Assembly (NCBI RefSeq): GCF_001194135.2
Contig: NC_068986.1
Coordinates: 98,997,995-99,052,225, forward strand
Source of the DNA: Octopus bimaculoides
Taxonomy: Eukaryota
Direction: 5' to 3'
Length of the DNA stretch: 54,231 nt
The notes beneath the pieces are model-generated. The model did not search any database. It was not told where the DNA came from and saw only the letters and a list, made by a program, of their open reading frames with translations. Positions 46,946-54,231 of this stretch are shown piece by piece. The translations under genes were made by a program, and so were the position numbers. Position 1 is the stretch's first letter. Every line of letters begins with the position of its first letter.

Positions 46946-47469
46946 TGAACACAGTTTTTTGTTTATTATACAGATTTCAATTCTCAAGACCCATTCCCGA
47001 GGTTAGAATTAATTCTGTAATACTAGAATCTTTATTCTACAGAAAACATGCTGTTCAAATGTTATTCTTACATTAGTGTTTCAGGGTCTACCCCTACTTT
47101 AACAATGTATTTTAAAATACATTGACACTTCTTGATGTATAAAACTAGTAAGGTTATTAAAAGAAAATGAGATCTCATCAGACACAGGGAAGTCATTAAC
47201 TTGCAATGCCTAAAGTAAATTTATCACTTTTGTTTATTAATTTATCATTTTACAGTCAAAGCTTAAGTGTAAGTGTAGAATATATAAATTAACATCCATG
47301 CTAAGTTAGTTTAGTCATGATAGCTCACTTGCCACTTCGGTGTTATAAAAAAAATAAAAAACAAAACAAAACAATAAAATATTTAAGAACCACTGTCTTG
47401 GACAATCACTGGGTGACTTCTTCATGCATTTGGGCGTTGTTCAAAGGGATGCTTCCCTGGTAGCAGAAT

Positions 47470-47750
47470 TTTAGCCTAGTACTTATTCTATTTGCTGAAC
47501 TGCTAAGTTACAGCGACGTAAACACACCAACATCGGTTATCAAGCAATGGTGGCTGGGGGGAGCAAACACAGACACAAATACATATATATATGATGGGCC
47601 TCTTTCAGTTTCCATCTACCAAATTCAGTCACAAAGCTTCAGTCAGCCTGAGGCTATAGTAGACACTTGCCCAAGGTGCCATGCAGTGGGACTGAACTCA
47701 GAACCATGTGGTTGGGAAGCAAGCTTCTTACCACAGAGCCACTCCTGCAC
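47470..47750 (-). mobile_element. SINE family B
   Basis: Head and core on the minus strand. Confidence 0.85.
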
Positions 47751-47913
47751 ATGTTCACATATACTGCAGCATTGGCTCCCTTTTCCACTTATTAATTATG
47801 AATGTTGAAATTGCTGCTTCAACTCCTCGTGACTTGCAGATTTCTTGACAGATATTGCATTGAAACTAGTCATTCAAAATAAAATTGTATTAGTTCATGT
47901 ATGCCTTACCCAT

Positions 47914-48291
47914 GTGGTGTCGCAATGGTCCAGTGGTTAGGGCAGCGGACTTGCAGTTTCAATTCCCAGACCAGGCGTTGTAAGTGTTTATTGAGCGAAA
48001 ACACCTAAAAAGCTCCACGAGGCTCCAGCAGGGGTTGGTGGCGAACCCTGCTGTACTCTTCTTCCACCACAACTTTCTCTCACTCTTACTTCCTGTTTCT
48101 GTTGTGCCTGTAATTCAAAGGGTCAGCCGTGTCATACTGTGTCACACTGAATATCCCCGAGAACTACGTTAAAGGTACACGTCTTTGTGGAGTGCTCAGC
48201 CACTTGCACGTTAATTTCACGAGCAGGCTGTTCCGTTGATCGGATCAACTGGAACCCTTGACGCCATAAGCGACGGAGTGCCAACACACAC
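47914..48291 (+). mobile_element. SINE family A with 11-bp TSD
   Basis: TSD GCCTTACCCAT at 47903-47913 and 48292-48302. Confidence 0.92.
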
Positions 48292-48420
48292 GCCTTACCC
48301 ATATAGACTCATACTGGTGTGAGATGTGCATGCTTTTGTGCAAAAAGAACACTTAAAGAAGGAATGAGAAACTCATGCAATGTTATTGATTTTAATTTAA
48401 TTTTTATGAAATTTTCTTTA

Positions 48421-48755
48421 GCGTTGCCTTCTAGCACTTGTGCTGGTGGCATGTTAGAAAATCATTCGAGCGAGGTCGTACCAGTGCTGCTAGACTGGCT
48501 CCCGTGCAGGTGGCATGTGAAAAACACCTTTTTGGGCGTGGCCATTGCCAGTACCATGTGACTGGCCCTCGTGCCAGTGGCATGTAAAAGCACCCACTAC
48601 ACTCTCAGAGTGGTTGGCGTTAGGAAGGGCATCCAGCTGTAGAAAATCTGCCAGATCAGATTGGAACCTGGTGCAGCCTTCTGGCTTGCCAGTCCTCAGT
48701 CAAATCGTCCAACCCATGCTAGCATGGAAAGCGGACGTTAAACGATGATGATGAT
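48421..48755 (+). mobile_element. RTE LINE 3' UTR fragment
   Basis: Colinear with the other copies; GGACGTTAAACGATGATGATGAT end. Confidence 0.88.
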
Positions 48756-49860
48756 TTCAGCATTCTTAACTGTTGAGCTCAAAATCTTCAATGTGAGGCC
48801 AAATAGATATCATGTAATCTTAAACACACTAATTAAATTTTATAAGCCTTGTTTGGTGTGACTCATTAGGTCACAGTCATTTTCATATAAAAGATCATAC
48901 ACCAGAGAGATAAAGACCGTGGGTTTAAAGTTCATTCTTGTCATATATATATAATGGATTAACTTCTGTCCTGTCTCTCAGTATTTCATGTGTATCAATG
49001 ATGTTTATGATGTCTGAAATTCATATTACTAAATTGTTATATGTATGACTGTATATACACATACGTGTGTGTGGATCTTGCAGAAGCTAGACACTCAAGT
49101 ATATATGGGGCAAAGTGGAAAAGGTTGCTCTCATGGATGTGATTGTAAAAAGATTAGAATAACTGATATGAGGTTCTGAAGAAGACATGCTTTGATTGGC
49201 AAAACTTTGAGTTCTGGTTTAGCTGCATGTTTGTGTGTGTGTGTGTGTGTATACATCTATATATATTATTATATGCTCAACAAGGTCCTTTCTTCCAATC
49301 CCTGCCCCCCAGGATACCCTCATTGCCTCCCTAACTGCAGATCTTTCTTACTACCAAGAAACATTTCACTCATTATCCACCCTTCACCCCTTAATACCTT
49401 CATCAACAGTTTCATTGATCACCTCCCCACACTAAATCAGCAACTCTCCTTCTCAACCCACCATATGTTGCTCACCCTCAAAAAAAATCTATCACCAGAA
49501 ATTTCTGTGTCAACAGTGATAAACATCAATGGGTATTAAATGAACAAATGTGCATACACGAGACAAATAATAATATAATAGCAGGAAAGAAGCTCCTCAG
49601 AAAATATTCCACGATACACATCCATAGAGGCTGCACAACAGGAAAGAAGATAAAGAAAACCATTAGAACGGCGTACTAATTATCAAGAGTCATGCTTGAC
49701 TATGTTCCGAGAAAGCATTAGGTGTAATTGTAACTTATATTTGGCTAGAGGAATTTATCTTCCTTTAAGAATTGTTATATTAGCTCCCATTTTGAAAGGT
49801 ATACTTTTCCAATCAAGGAGCAGGACTGAACAACAAAACACTTAATGCACAAAAGGGATA

Positions 49861-50097
49861 GGTATCCGGTGCTACTAAAGCAGCACGATCGCGCAGTCGA
49901 CTCGTCCGCGCTAGCTAGTCGTGAGTGGTCGATCCTAGCCCTGACCCTGTCACTAACCCTATCCCTAACCCACGTGTGCAAATGAATACGTGTTTAGGGT
50001 TAGGGTTGGGGTTAGGATCGACCACTCAAGACTGGCTGGCGCGGACATGCGGCTGCGCGTTCGGGACCGTGCTGCTTTAGTAGTACCTAGGTATCCC
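49861..50097. mobile_element. GC-rich hairpin element with CCCTAA/TTAGGG-like hexamers
   Basis: About 80-bp imperfect arms (CTACTAAAGCAGCACG...GAGTGGTCGATCCTA / TAGGATCGACCACTC...CGTGCTGCTTTAGTAG); no TSD found. Confidence 0.65.
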
Positions 50098-50285
50098 ATT
50101 AAAACAGTGTTGACAATTGGCGCATGTTCTGTGGAATTACAAAGACGATAAATTTGTTAGGAGCTACCAATAATTTGTTCAGTATGTTTTCAGCATAACG
50201 GTCCAATATTATATGTACATAGATATGATAAGAATAAGGAACGTGGTGAAGTAGGTAGATAGCCTTAGAATTTAATAGCTTAACT

Positions 50286-50638
50286 GTTGTTGTTGGCACT
50301 CCGTCGCTTACGACGTCGAGGGTTCCGGTTGATCCGATCAACGGAACAGCCTGCTTGTGAAATTAACGTGCAAGTGGTTGAGCACTCCACAGACACGTGT
50401 ACCCTTAATGTAGTTCTCGAGGATATTCAGCGTGACACAGTGTGACAAGGCTGGCCCTTTGAATTACAGGCACAACAGAAACAGGAAGTAAGTGTGAGAG
50501 AAAGTTGTGTTGCCACCATACCCTGCCGGAGCCTCGTGGAGCTTTAAGTGTTTTCGCTCAATAAACACTCACAACGCCCGGTCTGGGAATCGAAACCGCG
50601 AGTCCGCTGCCCTAACCACTGGGCTATTGCGTCTCCAC
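50286..50638 (-). mobile_element. SINE family A with 13-bp TSD
   Basis: TSD TAATAGCTTAACT at 50273-50285 and 50639-50651. Confidence 0.93.
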
Positions 50639-50679
50639 TAATAGCTTAACTCATTCTCACAAACACTGCTTAAAAAGTC

Positions 50680-50940
50680 AAGGGAGATTACTCATCATTA
50701 TACATATTTTTCCAGAAGTGGCCACAAGAGGCGCCACCACCCAGAAGTGAAATTTATTCCTGTTCGCGCACTCGCTTTTTTACATATGTAAAAGAATTAT
50801 TCATTGGAAGGTTGGATTAAATTCTCCAAATGTCTCACTCATACGCAACGAAAGTGTAGTGATGTGTGTGTTGATCTGGTTGTTTAACTATGTACAGAGT
50901 TGAATGAATAAGAAAATAAGACAGTGCTCTGGTAAGGTAA
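50680..50940 (+). promoter_or_regulatory. Module P4: promoter boxes and exon 1 of a predicted sixth ZNF gene
   Basis: AAGGGAGATTACTCATCAT 50680-50698; CCACAAGAGGCGCCAC 50722-50737; CTCTGGTAAG|GTAATT with GT at 50937-50938. Confidence 0.68.
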
Positions 50941-52023
50941 TTTCCGTGTGATTTTGTTAATGTAAGCAGTTGTTAGATTTGTTGGCTTCCAGATATATTT
51001 TACTGTTGTTAACGATGTTTTAATGGTGTATTGATGTTAAACGTTGTTATGTACTTGCCAATGTTCTGATCTAAAACAAACCTCAACAGACAATACCGTT
51101 ATGAAGAAATATGGATGTCGAGAATGCAATAATTTCTAAAGTGATGCCCAATTATTGACTTGGTTACATCATTTCTTTGATAAAGTTAATCAAATAAATC
51201 TAACCCTTAGTATAATACATATATCTATGTCCACCTATAATACATGCAAGAAGCGAACAAGGGATCTGCTACATGTACGCCCGATATACGAGAAACAGTA
51301 GCCAGATTCCCTCACATCACACATAACTTCAGAAAAGAAGGACAGTGAAGTAAGAGGTGAATTATGCTGAGATATGATGACTGGTTGGAAAGTCTTCGCT
51401 ATTAGTTGTGTTCGTCGATCTTTTCTATCATAGTTAGTCTAGTGTTAAGGACAAAACAGCTTGTAAAGAAGCTATACAATATGGTATTAATTTGTTGAGT
51501 GGTTGGCGGAAGAATATTTTTTTGATTCTGTGCTGCGGCCAGTTGGCTGATGACCTAATTTCCGTTTCGGTTTTCTTAGGACTTTTGTTTTTATTTAGGA
51601 AGAAAAAAAATTTCTGTGTATATTTTTGAATGAGGTATAATTCAGGAATATTTAAATTATTTGATTTTTATTATGTAAGTTTTGAACACATTTTATATTT
51701 ATTTAGGCGAAGAGAAAAAAAGGATATTATTCAGAGTGGTTAATTAATAGGATAACAGGAAATTAAGTGACGCACAGCCGAAATAGTTAAGTGGCGAATC
51801 TCTCAGCATCTTGTTTCTCGTTTGACACCAGCCAGCGAATTCTTGGTAATTTTTATGAGGTGAAAAATATATTCAGTCCTATTATTTAGCGGTCAACTAC
51901 AAAGCAGTGTAACTTTTATTCGTCTAACTAGTCAGATCATGTCTTCCGATCCATGTTGTTATTCTTTTATGTGTTCCAACCCAAACGTTGTGGCCATGCT
52001 AGAGCATCAGTATTTGAAGTGAA

Positions 52024-52126
52024 ATGCTTGTGGCACTTAGGTTTCTCAAGCGGTCACATATCTAACTACTAACTAGACTTGACGTTGCTTAACTTCAGTG
52101 ATCGGAAGAGAACTTTCAACGTGTTG
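52024..52126 (-). pseudogene. 5S rRNA pseudogene or 5S-derived fragment
   Basis: Minus strand CACGTTGAAA--GTTCTCTTCCGATCACTGAAGTTAAGCAACGTC...TTAGTAGTTAGATATGTGACCGCTTGAGAA...GTGC follows the eukaryotic 5S sequence; 5' truncated, short deletion, box C mutated. Confidence 0.82.
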
Positions 52127-52170
52127 TTGTTGTTTTTTCCTTAAAATTTGAGAAATTATTCAATCTGGGT

Positions 52171-52369
52171 TCTCTTTTACTTGTTTCAGTCATTTGACTG
52201 CGGCCATGCTGGAGCACCGCCTTTAGTCGAGCAAATCGACCCCAGGACTTATTCTATCGGTCTCTTTTTGCCGAACCGCTAAGTTACGGGGCGTAAACAT
52301 ACCACCATCGGTTGTCAAGTGATGTTGGGGGGACAAACACAAACACACACACACACACAGCCACTCCTG
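52171..52369 (-). mobile_element. SINE family B with internal deletion
   Basis: The (CA)n tract joins directly to the head CACAGCCACTCCTG. Confidence 0.82.
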
Positions 52370-53336
52370 TGGGCTGAAGGCAAATGTAATAATAAAAGTG
52401 AGGTAAAATGCAATAAATTATTTAATTCCATAGAACAAAATGGAAGTTGCGCACGGTTAACCCCTCATTCTCGATGACTGGGTGAGTTTACAGAGAAATT
52501 TGTTATTTTACAACACATGAACTTCTCTCTCAATAATCTGCAAGATGGGTCATGAAATGCTTCTTTGTGCATCTTGAGATCATTGGTTCTTGAATTCATT
52601 GGTCCAGCCGTTTGCTCCTTGGTTGAACTAGTTCATAAAGTTAAACGTAACAAAAGAAAAATTATTAGTTGCGAAAGCAAAATGGAGTAGCATATAAGGT
52701 TGTGTGTTGTGAAAGGGAAACTGGAATGTTTTGGCCAGGGTCATTGATAAGATGCATGTCGGAAGGTTGTCAATAAGTTGAAATGTGTGAGGAAGATGGA
52801 GTGGGAATGGGGACATTACTAGAGAGAAAGGATGACCAGAGAAACTCACATGACAGTAACAAAAAAAAAAATAATTGGATGAGCTAAAAAAAAATTAACA
52901 GGAGTATATTTACATATACACATATGTACCCACTTATATATGTATGTGTGTATTTAATGTATGTGTGTGCAGATAAGCATATCAAGACAATACATATAAC
53001 ATACAAGGAAGGAGAATGACATGGGTGATCTGTTAGCAAGTATTGTTTATAGTTTGTAGATTAGGTGGGACTTATTTGAGACAGCATCTTACCGCTTGAT
53101 GCTCTTTCTCTGTCCAATCCTTGTTCGTCATGCAAGAGTCTTTTTTTTTTTTTTTTTTTATTCCACTGATCTTAAAAGTGTAGAGCAACCAGTTGTAATA
53201 TCAGCAGAAAATGTAAACATCATATCACTGTTTTGCTATAGGAGTGACATGCAAATTTGGGAATGTCTATTTATATACACTAGCTGGCCCCGTGCTGTCA
53301 AAAATGACAACTAATTGTAGTATTTTGTATATAAAT

Positions 53337-53694
53337 GTTGAGGGTTCCAGTTGATCCGATCAACGGAACAGCCTGCTCGTGAAATTAACGTGCAAGTGGC
53401 TGAGCACTCCACAGACACGTGTACCCTTAACGTAGTTCTCGGGGATATTCAACGTGACACAGTGTGACAAGGCTGGCCCTTTGAATTACAGGCACAACAG
53501 AAACAGGAAGTAAGAGTGAGAGAAAGTTGTGGTGAAAGAGTACAGAAGGGTTCACCACCATCCCCTGCCGGAGCCTCGTGGAGCTGTAGGTGTTTTCACT
53601 CAATAAACACTCACAACGCCTGGTCTGGGAATTGAAACCGCGATCTTATGACTGCGAGTCCGCTGCCGTAACCACTGGGCCCTTGCACCTCCAC
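53337..53694 (-). mobile_element. SINE family A with 11-bp TSD, tail shortened
   Basis: TSD TGTATATAAAT at 53326-53336 and 53695-53705. Confidence 0.92.
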
Positions 53695-54076
53695 TGTATA
53701 TAAATAAGGTACAAAATAATCACATATACAAACATTCACCTACTTCCCTTGTACACGCACACACATATACTCTCACAGAGTTGAAAAGCTGTTTGATTTT
53801 TCTTTTCAGCATTGAATGTTCACCACCCTACTTCCATTGCACACAGACACACATTCACATGACCCCCTTTGACATACACATACATATACTNNNNNNNNNN
53901 CATTCACATGACCCCCTTTGACATACACATACATATACTCACGCAGAGTTGAAATGCTGTTTGATTTTTTTTTCACCATAGAACTTCCATCACTACCAAG
54001 TTTGCCAATCACCCCTTCTTTTCTCATTCATATGTTGTGACAGAGAAATGCACAAGAGTATTATTATAGTAGATAC

Positions 54077-54174
54077 ATGCATATATATATGTGTGTGTGT
54101 GTGTGTATGTATAATATATGTATATGTATGGTATATGTACATGTATGTATATATGTGTAATATATATATATATA

Positions 54175-54217
<43 letters not shown>

Positions 54218-54222
54218 CATGT
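54077..54222. repeat. (TA)n/(TG)n/(TATG)n compound microsatellite
   Basis: Read directly. Confidence 0.92.
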
Positions 54223-54231
54223 ATAGTGTTA

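Overview
AT-rich eukaryotic genomic DNA with seven N-gaps. It is most consistent with an Octopus (coleoid cephalopod) C2H2 zinc-finger gene cluster; the organism is inferred from the SINE/RTE landscape and the tandem ZNF genes, not proven. Five single-coding-exon, effector-less C2H2 genes are present: two on the minus strand (18 and 12-13 fingers) and three on the plus strand (16, 17 and 10 finger positions), arranged divergently. Each plus-strand gene has a paralogous upstream module (AAGGGARGTCACTCTTCAT box, a CCACYAGRGGCGCCAC-like box, and a non-coding first exon ending TAAG|GT). A fourth copy at about 50.7 kb predicts a sixth gene beyond the window. Intergenic DNA holds at least four tRNA-derived SINE families, RTE and CR1-type LINE fragments, mariner/hAT/Merlin-like DNA transposon derivatives and a 5S rRNA pseudogene. 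Main candidates for a second look: (i) a tRNA-headed SINE carrying a hammerhead-ribozyme core with a Penelope-like inverted partial repeat; (ii) the repeated promoter box, which resembles a CTCF site and matches the GNG-NCG sequence predicted for the amplified finger pair of the cluster's own genes; (iii) homogenised 2- and 4-finger higher-order arrays variable mainly at DNA-contact positions; (iv) GG-ended hairpin elements, mostly with 8-bp TSDs, several carrying TTAGGG hexamers. No prokaryotic features or CRISPR arrays were found. All alignments were done by eye.
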